From Marine Group II euryarchaeote MED-G34 (GTDB lineage: Archaea; Thermoplasmatota; Poseidoniia; Poseidoniales; Thalassarchaeaceae): a DNA stretch of 61,270 bases. A program made the position numbers and the translations under genes. The stretch lies in NCBI GenBank assembly GCA_002457605.1, contig NTJT01000004.1:1-61270 (forward strand), given 5' to 3'. Position 1 is the stretch's first letter, and each line of letters begins with the position of its first letter. The notes under the pieces were generated by a model, which saw only the letters and a program-made list of their open reading frames with translations, did no database searches and was not told the origin of the DNA. Shown here one piece after another: positions 32,501 through 41,845 of this stretch.

Positions 32501-33530
32501 CAGCACAGTTCCTAACAAACGCCTCATGGGGTCAGATTTTCAATTTGGAACTGCTGACGACATTATCCAGCCGATGACCCCTGATGATTGTGCAGAGGTA
32601 GTCGGAATAGGAAGCCCCGCCGAGTTACTTGGGCGCTCAAGTGGTAATTACACAAATGTCGAAGTGTTAAATCAGACATCAGGATTTACTGACGTTTCTG
32701 ATATTGTATATGAGGCAACACCGTACTCAATGGAACTTGGTCAACCAGCACCCTACATGATGATGCTAGCCATCATAGGAATAGTTAGCCTGATTGCGAT
32801 TTGGGGGCTACTGGAGACAGTGTTGAAGTCACCGTGGGGACGAATACTCCGCTCCATCAGGGAGGATGAAGAGGTCGCACAGCACCATGGACATGATGTA
32901 TTGACCCACAAGGCGGCAAGCCTCGCCTTCGGTGCTGCTATCGCTGGCTTCGCAGGAGCCCTCTGGGCTTGGAAACTCACAGGCTTCCAACCATCCTTCA
33001 TGGCGCCTGCAAGATCCACATTCTTAGTCTGGGCCGCATTTGTGATTGGCGGAGCGGCCAACAACAAGGGAATGATTATCGGCGCTTTCATCTATGTCAT
33101 CATGGAATTCGTCTTCAATGTTCTAGTAGCTGGTCAGGGCTCTTCAGACCTCCCACTCAATGAAACCGCTGCCATGATTGATCGCTTCTTTGAGTGGCTG
33201 GTAACAGGCAGTGAAATCTGGTTCTGGCCTCACTTCACTCCGTTTGAGACCTTCCTTGCGATTGGAGCGATAGGCCTCCTAATCAATAAATGGAGCATTG
33301 TCGAAACGGGTCTCTGTGGTGCCACTGTATTCTTCGCGAATGGGATTCTCCTAGGTGAGCGCTCGATAGACGAGGGCTTCATCAGCGGCACAATTCTTGC
33401 TGACATGGCCTACGTCAAGGTTCTACTGATTGGCTTGATGATAGTGTTCTCGCTGAAGTACAATCCGAAGGGTCTGTTGCCTGAAGTCCCGAGCAGACCA
33501 CCCCGTCGCATCGGAGGTGAAGCTGAATGA
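29565..33530 (+). CDS. Fused LivH-LivM branched-chain amino acid ABC permease (1321 aa) with an N-terminal extension and a long inter-domain linker
   Basis: The LivH half has AVGLTLTYKVQRYGNFAQSEFFMLGMY and RAVADNPDLAASSGINVERIQL. The LivM half has LNLHTGVTGMVNFG and RSIREDEEVAQHHGHDVLTHKAASLAFGAAIAGFAGALWA. The start is GTG at 29565 or ATG at 29574. Confidence 0.85.
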   Translation: MLSMLDSQLSRWNSLSRGSRRTAIALLIIIDANMGLLNGWGLLNLLDSLSGGNVPNDMVWLLQVIESISGGFFLVKILFDDVPASWPRSIAIALSPIFLLFMVGMSLDNLFKGLNDDVRLTLDLISIGTSTLTWSSTYLAIAVGLTLTYKVQRYGNFAQSEFFMLGMYLSMVMVWSDYFFPMYDAPLDGTLAWSVLLWTLVAAFVLTGLAGIIIDRLVYRGFRKKEASPQVMMIASLGVALALRAITYLRFGAGKKMFEPDADWRVPTLRWDIPTQKLRLNLGVRDLEDGDTYTHGGCEAVGTDEAGAPLYEHITSEGSKPLFDLYNLANDCVTEATTGYAYYKGAIPVIVFTSVILLLILLRKTRLGRRMRAVADNPDLAASSGINVERIQLTSAFLSAGISGMGGAIFAMTLRFTPETAFTLLLPSFAVIVLGTIGSIPGAIVGSLIVGFVRALSSPVLIGIGLPLGRSNYTALDGVMPYVFLVAILMIMPEGIGSAWEKWKVDRLRKRAEEKPSKKLGAILAISPLGVLGAHNFQQRKNARGESMMIVTIGAYVFSRITRFIAGNSFAQGSCSDDCQDSGSVATNFEMVTGRTEGEFVLTDSPFTESDVQISPPSDMDSTAAEQWLADALADLNNSWLNLMNTELGFVNTLVDLGDVIWPAVPILVWLIAVIEGYFLFQGREDDALEPLTDFIANLTAPITQSRNSSSVAVTQALGSARTPLDSFHTTLYNGLDSFQSGFDREQKYMLLAVLVVILATVLPPFFARALLILVLLWIVGLSLLAWKTGNPPLGELRRLAPYGRESPFGSWVAFISLLVFLLLFVEWLPVAESENQAFIKTLQVSNVLLTLAIFSLMAFSLNLHTGVTGMVNFGVIFFVGVGAITVGILTAPKDLHGYDWPIFWAVVAGVLLSALFGWLLAYPTARLRMDYFAIVTISLGEIVRVLLMGEPLLRAGSWGSSIGISRYPMPFENWWFCGSTVPNKRLMGSDFQFGTADDIIQPMTPDDCAEVVGIGSPAELLGRSSGNYTNVEVLNQTSGFTDVSDIVYEATPYSMELGQPAPYMMMLAIIGIVSLIAIWGLLETVLKSPWGRILRSIREDEEVAQHHGHDVLTHKAASLAFGAAIAGFAGALWAWKLTGFQPSFMAPARSTFLVWAAFVIGGAANNKGMIIGAFIYVIMEFVFNVLVAGQGSSDLPLNETAAMIDRFFEWLVTGSEIWFWPHFTPFETFLAIGAIGLLINKWSIVETGLCGATVFFANGILLGERSIDEGFISGTILADMAYVKVLLIGLMIVFSLKYNPKGLLPEVPSRPPRRIGGEAE

Positions 33531-34324
33531 AGACAGTGCTCCGAGTCGAAGGTCTACGCAAGGAGTTCGGCGGGCTTGTTGCTGTTGAGGACGTCTCCTT
33601 TGAGATTAGTCCAGGTGAATTCGTAGGCCTCATCGGACCCAATGGCTGTGGTAAGTCCACCACGTTCAACTGTATCAGTGGGCTGCTCGACCAGACCGCT
33701 GGAACAGTCGAGGTGTTCGAACAAGATGTCTCTACTAAGAGACCCGATGAGATTCAGAAACTCGGGCTTACTCGCACCTTCCAGCATACTAGACTGTGGC
33801 GCCGGATGACAGTCATAGAGAACCTCATGGTACCGCCGAGGAAGCAGTTTGGATTAGGCCTCACCGACTCCCTGCAAGCGCTTCTTAGACCCTACAGCAG
33901 TTCAGCGGAAGAAGAGCGCCTGGATAAGGCGTACTCGGTGTTAGACCAACTCGAGGTCCCTCACATGGCCCACAATCTGACCAGTGAACTCTCTGGAGGT
34001 CAGAGTAAATTAGTCGATATCGGGCGCTCTATGATGGGCGACCCAGAACTCCTCCTACTCGACGAGCCGGTAGCTGGTGTCGCCGGTCCGCTCGCTATGA
34101 AGATCTTCAACAACCTGAGGAACATCGTCGATGAGACCGGTATTTCGGTACTCATCATCGAACACAACATGGACTTCATCCTCAGACAGGGCGTTGACCG
34201 CATTATCGTCATGAACGAAGGCAAGATACTGATGCAGGGCACGCCCGATGAGGTCAGAGGCAATAGGGAAGTCATCGAGGCCTACTTGGGAGCGACTGGG
34301 GAGCCACAGGAGGAAGAGATATGA
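33527..34324 (+). CDS. livG: ABC transporter ATP-binding protein LivG
   Basis: Walker A is GPNGCGKST, the signature is LSGGQSK, and Walker B is LLLLDEP. It overlaps the permease gene by ATGA. Confidence 0.9.
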   Translation: MKTVLRVEGLRKEFGGLVAVEDVSFEISPGEFVGLIGPNGCGKSTTFNCISGLLDQTAGTVEVFEQDVSTKRPDEIQKLGLTRTFQHTRLWRRMTVIENLMVPPRKQFGLGLTDSLQALLRPYSSSAEEERLDKAYSVLDQLEVPHMAHNLTSELSGGQSKLVDIGRSMMGDPELLLLDEPVAGVAGPLAMKIFNNLRNIVDETGISVLIIEHNMDFILRQGVDRIIVMNEGKILMQGTPDEVRGNREVIEAYLGATGEPQEEEI

Positions 34325-35040
34325 CTCGAGTGCTTGAAGTGAAAGCCCTCGAAGGTGGGTATGGTTCAGTACAGATCTTGCATGGCATAGACATGTACGT
34401 TGACGAGGGCGAGTTCGTAACCGTAATCGGACCTAATGGATGCGGTAAATCTACTCTAATCAAGACCATCTTCGGTATCGCCACCCACTACTCTGGAGAT
34501 ATCCAGTATCGAGACAAAGACGTCTCTGGGTGGAGAACGGACCAACTGGTCAATCATGGGATAGCCTACGTCCCGCAAGTGAACAACGTGTTCCCCTCCT
34601 TGTCGGTTGAGGAGAACCTGCAGATGGGTGGTAACACACTCGACACCAGAACCCTCAATGAGAGAATTGAGAGATCACTCGAGATGTTTCCGGATCTGCG
34701 CAATAGAGTGCACGACCTAGCAGCCTCACTGTCTGGAGGCGAGCGCCAGATGCTTGCTATCTCACGAGCCCTAATTTCAGATCCTAGCTTTTTGCTGTTG
34801 GACGAGCCTACGGCCGCCCTCTCGCCGTTGTACCAGCAGCAGATTATCGACAGGATAGACTCGCTGCGAGAGCAGGGCATAACCGTTCTCATAGTCGAGC
34901 AGAACGCACGCCTTTCGCTTTCCCGCTCAGATCGTGGTTACATCATGGCGAGCGGTAAGATAGTCCACACCGGCGATGCGAGCCACATCTTGACAGATCC
35001 TGAAATCGCCGAGTACTTCCTAGGTGGCACCAGCGACTGA
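34321..35040 (+). CDS. livF: ABC transporter ATP-binding protein LivF
   Basis: GPNGCGKSTL, LSGGERQML and FLLLDEPTAALSP are present. It overlaps livG by ATGA. Confidence 0.9.
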   Translation: MTRVLEVKALEGGYGSVQILHGIDMYVDEGEFVTVIGPNGCGKSTLIKTIFGIATHYSGDIQYRDKDVSGWRTDQLVNHGIAYVPQVNNVFPSLSVEENLQMGGNTLDTRTLNERIERSLEMFPDLRNRVHDLAASLSGGERQMLAISRALISDPSFLLLDEPTAALSPLYQQQIIDRIDSLREQGITVLIVEQNARLSLSRSDRGYIMASGKIVHTGDASHILTDPEIAEYFLGGTSD

Positions 35041-35103
35041 GATTATTCGATACCGCAGAAAGAGAGCCGTAAGAACTCGCATCTTTCGTCCATCGCATTC
35101 GTT

Positions 35104-35532
35104 CTAGTCAAATTCCAGACCCAATAACTCAAACTCAGCAAGAGGACAACGCGTCATGGAGGCATGATCCATGACCCTGATATGAATTTCAGCTACAACA
35201 TGAACGGTTGCTTGAAACAAATGACCAGCATGGACGTTATTGTCATCATCAGACCAGCAGCAGTGGATATGGGTGAATGCATCTCCTTTCTCCGTGCGAG
35301 CAATATTGCCAGAGAGACTCACCAATTCTGATGGGGAGTCCAAAGACCGTCTTTGGTAAACTCCTTCCTCATCCATGTAACCATATTGATTGTCACGAGT
35401 TCGACCAATGCCGCTTGTGATAGCGGCCGCATCAAATCCAAGATCATCTGCCAATCCCTTTAGTGCCGCGTGAATTTCTTCCCCCGGGTCAATTCGCACG
35501 AGGATGTCACTTCCTGAACGCGTGTGTTCCAT
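35104..35532 (-). CDS. PPC/DUF296-domain protein
   Basis: ILVRIDPGEEIHAALKGLADDLGF.AAAITSGIG ... LSGNI......HIH......D..V.AGHL....V..VAEI fits the DUF296 pattern. Start set to the ATG at 35532; 35607 is possible. Confidence 0.6.
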   Translation of the reverse strand: MEHTRSGSDILVRIDPGEEIHAALKGLADDLGFDAAAITSGIGRTRDNQYGYMDEEGVYQRRSLDSPSELVSLSGNIARTEKGDAFTHIHCCWSDDDNNVHAGHLFQATVHVVAEIHIRVMDHASMTRCPLAEFELLGLEFD

Positions 35533-35699
35533 GAGTGGGCGATTGTGCAACGGTGCTTGAATGCCACCCAAGATAGTTTTCCCGTGGACCTCGGCCGAAT
35601 CAGCCAAGCACCTGCAGTGGAAGCCTCCATTCTCTCATTCGACGCCCTGCCCGGGTTGGTTCTCTCTACTGGAACAGCAGGGGTTGAGAAGGCTGGACC

Positions 35700-35711
35700 T
35701 TAGTATTATAT
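35700..35711 (+). promoter_or_regulatory. Candidate TATA box for mcm
   Basis: ttagtattatat lies about 40-50 nt upstream of the mcm ATG (35750). ggtggtga (35739-46) is a possible SD. The call rests on position only. Confidence 0.3.
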
Positions 35712-35749
35712 GCCGTGAACTCAGAGTCACAAAGCCCGGTGGTGAAAAC

Positions 35750-37927
35750 ATGACAATGGCGGCACACGACTCCTCGGCCAGATGGCGAACCTTCCTCACT
35801 GAGGCCAAGGAGGAGCAGATCCTCCTCTTGCTTTCCAAACAGACTCCTCCTCACTTAGTAATCCCTTTCCACGAGTTGCAGGGCTTCGATACGGAATTCG
35901 CTGGAGATGTTCTAGATGACCCTCGTCGGATTATTGATCGTGGTAGCGAGACCTTAATCGACATTTGTCGAGAAAGAGGAGAAGGGGACATAGAAGCAAT
36001 ACTTCGAGTCACCGAACTTCCGAGGGACAGCAGAAGGCAACTGAGGGAAATAGGAACTGCCGATATAGGACGTCTAAGAAGCGTGGAGGCAATCGTAACA
36101 AAGATTTCCGATATTAAGCCTAGAATACACACCGCTGTATTTACTTGCGAAGCATGTGGAAACTCAATTGAGATACACCAGCAAAATGAGAGAGAACTAA
36201 CCGAACCACTGCGCTGCCCAACTGATTCAGGGTGTGGCGGTAGTAGAAACTCAAAGGAAAACCCCACTCGATTCAATCTAGTCCTTAACATCTCTAGAAT
36301 GGTCAACAACCAGTGGATAGAGATTCAGGAACTCCCTGAGAATGTTCCCAGTGGTGCCCAACCCACCAGAGGTACCGTACTCGTTGAGGGAGATGATATG
36401 GTTAACAGGCACCTTCCTGGAGAGAGAGTAGTGGCAAATGTCCGGCCGTTTGTACGCAGCGAAGTCCGTCGTAACAAGAAGACCCCGATGTTTGACATCA
36501 CCTATCACCTCATGAGCTCTGAGCATGAGAGTGTGCCGTTCGATGAGATTGTAATCACTGAGGACGAAAAGGAGCAGATAATCGAGATGTCACAAAGGGA
36601 TGACCTGATGAGGCTCATGCAGCAGTCGATAGCACCCTCGGTGTTCGCGGTCGGTGTATTGCACTATGTCAAACGCTCTTTGGCCCTACAGCTCTTCGGA
36701 GGTGTTGCAAGAATCAACCAAGATAGAACTAGGACCAGAGGTGACATACATATCCTACTAATGGGTGATCCCGGGGTCGCTAAGTCACAACTCCTTACTT
36801 ATATCGCCAAAATTTCTCCCAGAGGAAAGGTTGCTTCGGGAGGGGGGACCTCAAAGGCGGGATTAACCGCTGCCGCGGTTAGAGATGCTTTCGGAGACGG
36901 ACGATTCGCACTGGAGGCAGGCGTCCTGCCACTGTCTGATAGGGGTCTGGCTGCAATAGATGAGTTTGACAAGATTAACGAGGAAGATCGCAGGGTTATG
37001 CATCCTGCAATGGAGCAACAACAGATACACGTTGCCAAGGGAGGAATCACTGCTACTTTGCCAGCAAGATGCTCAATATTGGCCGCTGCCAATCCAAAAG
37101 ACGGGAGATTCTCCAAGAGGGGGCAGAATCAAAGTCTAATGCATTCATTTGGAGAAGTTGATCTACCTCCTGCCTTAGCTTCTAGATTTGACATAATTTG
37201 GCTAATCAGAGATGACATCAACATTGAGGACGATGAGAGAATAGCCAGACACATTCTGGCAACGCGCACCAAAGGAATCAGCGAGACAAAAATCGAAGGA
37301 GGAATGGTACTTGATCCAGTTGAGAATCAGGAAGATTTGGTTTTCTCCACGGGTCCAGATAACGTCGAGCACCTAACGATAGGTTTCCTGCGCAAGTACA
37401 TCGCTTATGCAAAGCGAAACATCCACCCAGATCTCAATAATGATGCTAAATCACTCATTTTGAATTACTATACTGAGGAGCGACAGTCTTTCTCCAGAGA
37501 GGATCAATTTGAGGCTGGTAGAGCAGATGACGAAGCAGTCATTCCTGTTACAGCACGTGCTTTGGAAGCACTAATCCGCCTGACTGAAGCCCACGCTAGG
37601 ATGCACCTCAGACAGGAGGCAAATGTCGATGACGCCAAAGTCGCGTTAGCCGTATTCAAGCATTGGAGGGAAGAATCTGCAATTGAGGATGAATCCGAAC
37701 TCTACTCCGGTGTTTCAGCAAAGGTACGCAATGCTAACACTGTGGTTCGTTCCATCATAAGAGAGATATGTTCTGAGGGAGATGGAACTGCTCAAATCAC
37801 AGAAATCTACAACAGAGCCTCCGTCAGAAGGATTACAGAAAATACCGTAGATGAGACTATTTCAAGGATGTCGATTAGCGGCGAGGTGTTCAGTCCTCGC
37901 AATGATGTGTACCAGTTCGCCCGCTGA
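35750..37927 (+). CDS. mcm: MCM replicative helicase
   Basis: The Zn finger is CEACGNSIE...CPTDSGCGG. Walker A is GDPGVAKSQ, Walker B is AIDEFDK, sensor/Arg finger is SRFD, and there is a C-terminal wH. Start moved to the ATG at 35750, giving 725 aa. Confidence 0.92.
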   Translation: MTMAAHDSSARWRTFLTEAKEEQILLLLSKQTPPHLVIPFHELQGFDTEFAGDVLDDPRRIIDRGSETLIDICRERGEGDIEAILRVTELPRDSRRQLREIGTADIGRLRSVEAIVTKISDIKPRIHTAVFTCEACGNSIEIHQQNERELTEPLRCPTDSGCGGSRNSKENPTRFNLVLNISRMVNNQWIEIQELPENVPSGAQPTRGTVLVEGDDMVNRHLPGERVVANVRPFVRSEVRRNKKTPMFDITYHLMSSEHESVPFDEIVITEDEKEQIIEMSQRDDLMRLMQQSIAPSVFAVGVLHYVKRSLALQLFGGVARINQDRTRTRGDIHILLMGDPGVAKSQLLTYIAKISPRGKVASGGGTSKAGLTAAAVRDAFGDGRFALEAGVLPLSDRGLAAIDEFDKINEEDRRVMHPAMEQQQIHVAKGGITATLPARCSILAAANPKDGRFSKRGQNQSLMHSFGEVDLPPALASRFDIIWLIRDDINIEDDERIARHILATRTKGISETKIEGGMVLDPVENQEDLVFSTGPDNVEHLTIGFLRKYIAYAKRNIHPDLNNDAKSLILNYYTEERQSFSREDQFEAGRADDEAVIPVTARALEALIRLTEAHARMHLRQEANVDDAKVALAVFKHWREESAIEDESELYSGVSAKVRNANTVVRSIIREICSEGDGTAQITEIYNRASVRRITENTVDETISRMSISGEVFSPRNDVYQFAR

Positions 37928-37958
37928 GTCTATTGAACAGGGCCTTCTCTGGAGGTCG

Positions 37959-40067
37959 ATGGCGTTGGAGCCGCGCGGCGATGTCGACAACCCGCAAAAC
38001 CTCGATCCGACCGCCCTTGGATTCATGTGCGGCTTGGAAATCCATCAGCAGTTAGCCACCGGGAAACTGCACTCGAGGATGCCAAGCAAGCTGTTCGATT
38101 ATGGAATCGAAGAGGTGCCAGATGGCTGGCCCCGCTCGAGTCGCCGCCTTCGGGCTTCTAGGGGGGAGGCGGGTCAGATTGACATCGCTGCTCGCTTCGA
38201 GCATAGGAGGAACCGATCCTTCGTCTATGTCCAGCCTCCCAATGCCGGATTAATTGAGATGGACGAGGCTCCTCCCCTTGAGCACGATGACGACGCAGTC
38301 GATGTGGTCCTCACCATGGCTGCGATGATGGATGCGAAACCAGTCACTGCCCTCCAAGCTATGCGCAAGACGGTAGTGGATGGATCTAACACCAGTGGTT
38401 TTCAGCGCACCACGCTCATCGCTACCGATGGTATGGTCGACACCCCCTCGGGTGTGGTTGGTGTAGATGTGATATGCCTAGAGGAAGACTCAGCTAGGAA
38501 ACTGGATACCCAGTCCTCCTTATCGGGAGAGACGGTCTTCTACACCCTCGACAGACTCGGTATGCCGCTAGTTGAGGTCGCTACGGCCCCGGATGTGCAA
38601 ACTCCTGAGCACGCCAAGGAGACCGCACTAACTCTGGGCACCCTGCTCAGGGACACTCGCAGAGTTAGGAGAGGGTTGGGTTCAATCAGACAGGATCTCA
38701 ATGTGAGCATCGCCTGTGGAGACCGAGTGGAGATTAAGGGATGTCAGGACCTTGATTGGATTCCACGGATAATCAGTCTTGAGATGGCACGACAACTACA
38801 CATGTATCGGCTCGCCAATGAGCTCCGCAGTGAGGCCAATCTACCTCCACTACCTCCAGACAGGGACGACGACAATATTCCTGTCGAAAACCGAGTGTCT
38901 GCTGCTACAACGTCCCGACTTTCTCTCAATATTCATGATCTCTCAGAATGTTTCACAGCTTGCGAATCAGAGATGGTGCGTGACTCACTCTCCACAGGTT
39001 CGCGAGTGCAGGGAGTAGCGCTTTCTGGTTTCGCCGGTAAGATTGGAAGCAAACAACTCGACGGTGATGGAGCACAACTTCCTCGACTCGGTAGGGAACT
39101 CGCCAGCGCAGCGAAACTAGCCGGTGTTGCCGGAATCTTCCACTCGGACGAGTTGCCTGCTTACGGAATATCAGAAACCGAGGTAGCAGAGGTCCGCCAG
39201 ACACTCTCATTGGAAGCCTCTGATGCCTTCGTGCTGTGCGTCGCTCCAGCATGGCAGTCGGAACTTGCTCTGGAAGCAGTAATTGAGCGTGCCAGAGGTG
39301 CCTATCACAGAATCCCTCGCGAGGTTCGTAATGTCGTAATCCAGAAGGGGCAGCCCGCTGATGGAACGACGACAGCGATGAGACCACTTCCAGGTGGAGC
39401 GCGAATGTATCCTGAGACCGACATCCCAATTCTGAAGGTCTCCATCGAGCACTGGGATGACATCCGAGAAAATCTGCCACTGAGTACGGAGCAGAGGCGC
39501 GAGCGGCTACAGAATCTTGAACTGTCTCAGAATCAGATGGAAGCGATACTGCGGTCCGAGATGGACGACGTCCTCATCATCGGAGTGGAGGGCGGGCTAT
39601 GTGGTTGCCCTCCGCTGCCCGCCAAGGCGTGGGCCTCAACGATTCTCGACAATACTCGTGCAGAAATAGCGGAAGGCACCGGACACAACGAATCAAAGGT
39701 CCCATGGCCAGTGCTCACACTAGCTGTGCATGCGCGTGAGGAAGACATCATCACACGCGATGGACTAATCCCTCTGGCTCGCAAGCTCTGGCTGGAAGGA
39801 CCGTCCTCCACTGATATCGAGTTCAAGGAGCGTCTGGAGTGGTTTGCACAGCAAGCCGAGGAAGCGGGGTTCACTCCGGCTGACACCGGGGCGGTTGAGA
39901 CCGCGGTCGAGGAGGTTATCTCTGAGAACATGGATATGATTGGGGAACGTGGTATGGGTGCTATGGGTCCGTTAATGGGTGCTGTGATGCAGAAGCTAGG
40001 CGGTTCAGCCGATGGCAAAACTGTGAGCGAAGCTCTACGTAGAAAAATATCAGAGTTGGGCGATTAG
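37959..40067 (+). CDS. gatE: Glutamyl-tRNA(Gln) amidotransferase subunit E (GatE)
   Basis: GLEIHQQLATGKLHS, DLNVSI and YPETD motifs are present, and there is a C-terminal YqeY-like MGPLMGAVMQKLGGSADGKTV. The start ATG at 37959 is preceded by ggaggt. Confidence 0.9.
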   Translation: MALEPRGDVDNPQNLDPTALGFMCGLEIHQQLATGKLHSRMPSKLFDYGIEEVPDGWPRSSRRLRASRGEAGQIDIAARFEHRRNRSFVYVQPPNAGLIEMDEAPPLEHDDDAVDVVLTMAAMMDAKPVTALQAMRKTVVDGSNTSGFQRTTLIATDGMVDTPSGVVGVDVICLEEDSARKLDTQSSLSGETVFYTLDRLGMPLVEVATAPDVQTPEHAKETALTLGTLLRDTRRVRRGLGSIRQDLNVSIACGDRVEIKGCQDLDWIPRIISLEMARQLHMYRLANELRSEANLPPLPPDRDDDNIPVENRVSAATTSRLSLNIHDLSECFTACESEMVRDSLSTGSRVQGVALSGFAGKIGSKQLDGDGAQLPRLGRELASAAKLAGVAGIFHSDELPAYGISETEVAEVRQTLSLEASDAFVLCVAPAWQSELALEAVIERARGAYHRIPREVRNVVIQKGQPADGTTTAMRPLPGGARMYPETDIPILKVSIEHWDDIRENLPLSTEQRRERLQNLELSQNQMEAILRSEMDDVLIIGVEGGLCGCPPLPAKAWASTILDNTRAEIAEGTGHNESKVPWPVLTLAVHAREEDIITRDGLIPLARKLWLEGPSSTDIEFKERLEWFAQQAEEAGFTPADTGAVETAVEEVISENMDMIGERGMGAMGPLMGAVMQKLGGSADGKTVSEALRRKISELGD

Positions 40068-40104
40068 GATTGTTCAATAACCGATTCAACTGACTTCAGG
40101 CTCC

Positions 40105-40656
40105 GTGTCCGACTCTTTGAAACCAATCTCACTGGGAATACTTGTTCTGCTACTGGTATCATTCCCAAAAATCAGTACTGAGTGGGCTAGGATGACCGCG
40201 GAATTGGTTGATGAGGAAGATGACCCACACTTTGGCTTACCCGATATTTGGGATGGCCAACAAGTCGTTTGCATCCACTTCCCCGAAGCTGAGGCACCCG
40301 AGGATTTTGACCAAGGTCGAATACACATAGATTACGATGGGACCGAGTTCATGAGTGACGTTGAATGGAACGAGACCGGAGCATGCATCGGTGGATTTTC
40401 TGATCACGACAATGGCTGGTCGCTGCTCAACGCCGCAATCAATTCTACAGGGGACACTTTCCTACTGAACATCACACAATATTCGTTCGGGCTAATGGTC
40501 GACTCAATAGCGGGAGTTGATCCTAGTCAGATGTCGGGAAATTTCAGTGGAGCTTATTGGTCACTCTACCACAATGGAGCACTCTCGATGATTGGGATTA
40601 CTGAATTGGAATTGGATTCTGACAGCGTCATCACATGGCGCGTGGACACTTGGTGA
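40105..40656 (+). CDS. Membrane-anchored extracellular protein with a DUF4430-like (transcobalamin-beta-like) domain
   Basis: The N-terminal TM is ISLGILVLLLVSF. The C-terminus GWSLLNAAI...YSFGLMVDSIAGV......YWSLYHNGALSMIG...ELDSDSVITWRV resembles the DUF4430 pattern (fG.fv.sI.g....yW.y.vNg......g......l..GD.i.w.y). The start codon is GTG. Confidence 0.55.
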   Translation: MSDSLKPISLGILVLLLVSFPKISTEWARMTAELVDEEDDPHFGLPDIWDGQQVVCIHFPEAEAPEDFDQGRIHIDYDGTEFMSDVEWNETGACIGGFSDHDNGWSLLNAAINSTGDTFLLNITQYSFGLMVDSIAGVDPSQMSGNFSGAYWSLYHNGALSMIGITELELDSDSVITWRVDTW

Positions 40657-40714
40657 GACCATATGCAGGACAACCATGAAGTGCAAGTTGAATCTCACTA
40701 GTAAGGGGGCGCAC

Positions 40715-41371
40715 ATGTTCGATGCACACGCGGTAGCACTTGGACCTCAAGGTATGCTCGTAATCAACATCACAATGCTCTCATTGATTGGATGGGCGTT
40801 GTGGAGGGCAGAACAGAAATTGTCCTCTGGAAGCGACCTAATTATCCTCGTTCTCTTGGGTGCATTTGCAGTCTCAGGACGTATACTCCTAGATCCGATA
40901 CCCAATGTTCAACCAGTTACTGTCATCGTGCTGCTGGCTGGTATCCATTTCGGTGCCTCCCGCGCTATTGCTCTTGCGGCGGCAGTGGCACTGTGCTCGA
41001 ACATGCTGTTGGGGCACGGATTATGGTCACTCTACCAGGCTGTCGGATGGTCCGTTGTGGGGATTGCGGGGGCGGCTCTGTCGAACCGACTCTACGTCAA
41101 CGGTCGCATACTGATTCCAACTCTTGCTGGATTGGCCGCCGTCTCAGCCTTCGCATTCGATTGGATAGTATCACTCAGTGCACTCCACTCGCTCAGTAAC
41201 GAGGTGTTCCTGGTCTATCTGATGACCGGTATTCCGTACGACCTACTGCATGCAGCGGGTAACGTAGTCTTTGTCGCATGGCTGGCAAACCCTCTCAGTG
41301 AAGTCATGACTAGGCACATTGCACCCCCTACTCCAACGGCGGTGAGGGACCCTGTCTCAAGCAGAGTCTGA
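40715..41371 (+). CDS. Polytopic membrane protein, possibly an ECF-type substrate-capture (S) component
   Basis: About 6 TM helices and the motif DPIPNVQPVT. The start ATG at 40715 is preceded by aaggggg. The family call is tentative. Confidence 0.5.
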   Translation: MFDAHAVALGPQGMLVINITMLSLIGWALWRAEQKLSSGSDLIILVLLGAFAVSGRILLDPIPNVQPVTVIVLLAGIHFGASRAIALAAAVALCSNMLLGHGLWSLYQAVGWSVVGIAGAALSNRLYVNGRILIPTLAGLAAVSAFAFDWIVSLSALHSLSNEVFLVYLMTGIPYDLLHAAGNVVFVAWLANPLSEVMTRHIAPPTPTAVRDPVSSRV

Positions 41372-41378
41372 GATTACG

Positions 41379-41723
41379 ATGGTGATGGTCACTCGTAGTG
41401 ACTTGAAACTCTCTAGGGGCAAGCTTGCAGCCCAATGCGGCCATGCAGTGGCTGAGTGCGTTCTGAAGGCCAAGCGTGAACAGCCAAGGATGCTCAAGCG
41501 CTACATGAGTGAAGGAGCGAGGAAGATAGTCTGCGAAACTCCCGATCTAGAATCACTGAAGAGATTGTTCGGAGATGCTAGAGTCTGCGGATTGGTGTGC
41601 TACATGGTGACAGATGCTGGTCACACAGAGATTCCTGCAGGAACTGTCACCATGCTCGGTATAGGCCCCGGTCCACGCTCCGAAATCGACCCACTGACAA
41701 GCAGTTTACCTCTAGTCAAGTGA
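41379..41723 (+). CDS. pth2: Peptidyl-tRNA hydrolase, archaeal/eukaryotic type (Pth2)
   Basis: KLSRGKLAAQCGHAVAECVLKA ... VTDAGHTEIPAGTVTMLGIGP. 114 aa. Confidence 0.9.
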   Translation: MVMVTRSDLKLSRGKLAAQCGHAVAECVLKAKREQPRMLKRYMSEGARKIVCETPDLESLKRLFGDARVCGLVCYMVTDAGHTEIPAGTVTMLGIGPGPRSEIDPLTSSLPLVK

Positions 41724-41738
41724 TATAAATTGAGAAAA

Positions 41739-41807
41739 CCCACCGTGAGCGAATGCTCTAGACGGTGGGTATAACGGCTGGACTGGGAGGCATTTGCCCC
41801 CCAGTCC
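41739..41807. terminator. Two adjacent 8-bp hairpins between convergent genes
   Basis: cccaccgt (41739-46) pairs with acggtggg (41762-69). ggactggg (41780-87) pairs with cccagtcc (41800-07). Confidence 0.4.
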
Positions 41808-41845
41808 GCCTTACGTAATTCTGTCAGTCTAGTTTCCCAGAATGA

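Noticed and set aside
35561-35749. N-terminal extensions offered by the ORF track for mcm (35561), gatE (37851), the addA-like gene (53454), M20 (58372), rpoN (11775), rps9 (11378) and rlmH (1766)
   Set aside because: The extensions overlap the preceding gene or translate to non-conserved R/S/C/W-rich sequence. Internal ATGs with SD-like sequences, or stop/start coupling, give products of canonical length.
35608-35749. Possible replication origin next to mcm
   Set aside because: I found no ORB-like repeated boxes and no AT-rich unwinding stretch beyond a single TATA-like box. There is also no orc1/cdc6 gene nearby.
35750-37927. Possible intein in MCM, or in the oversized GatE and AddA-like proteins
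   Set aside because: There are no Cys/Ser-...-HN-Cys/Ser/Thr splice-junction blocks or homing-endonuclease motifs. The MCM length is canonical.
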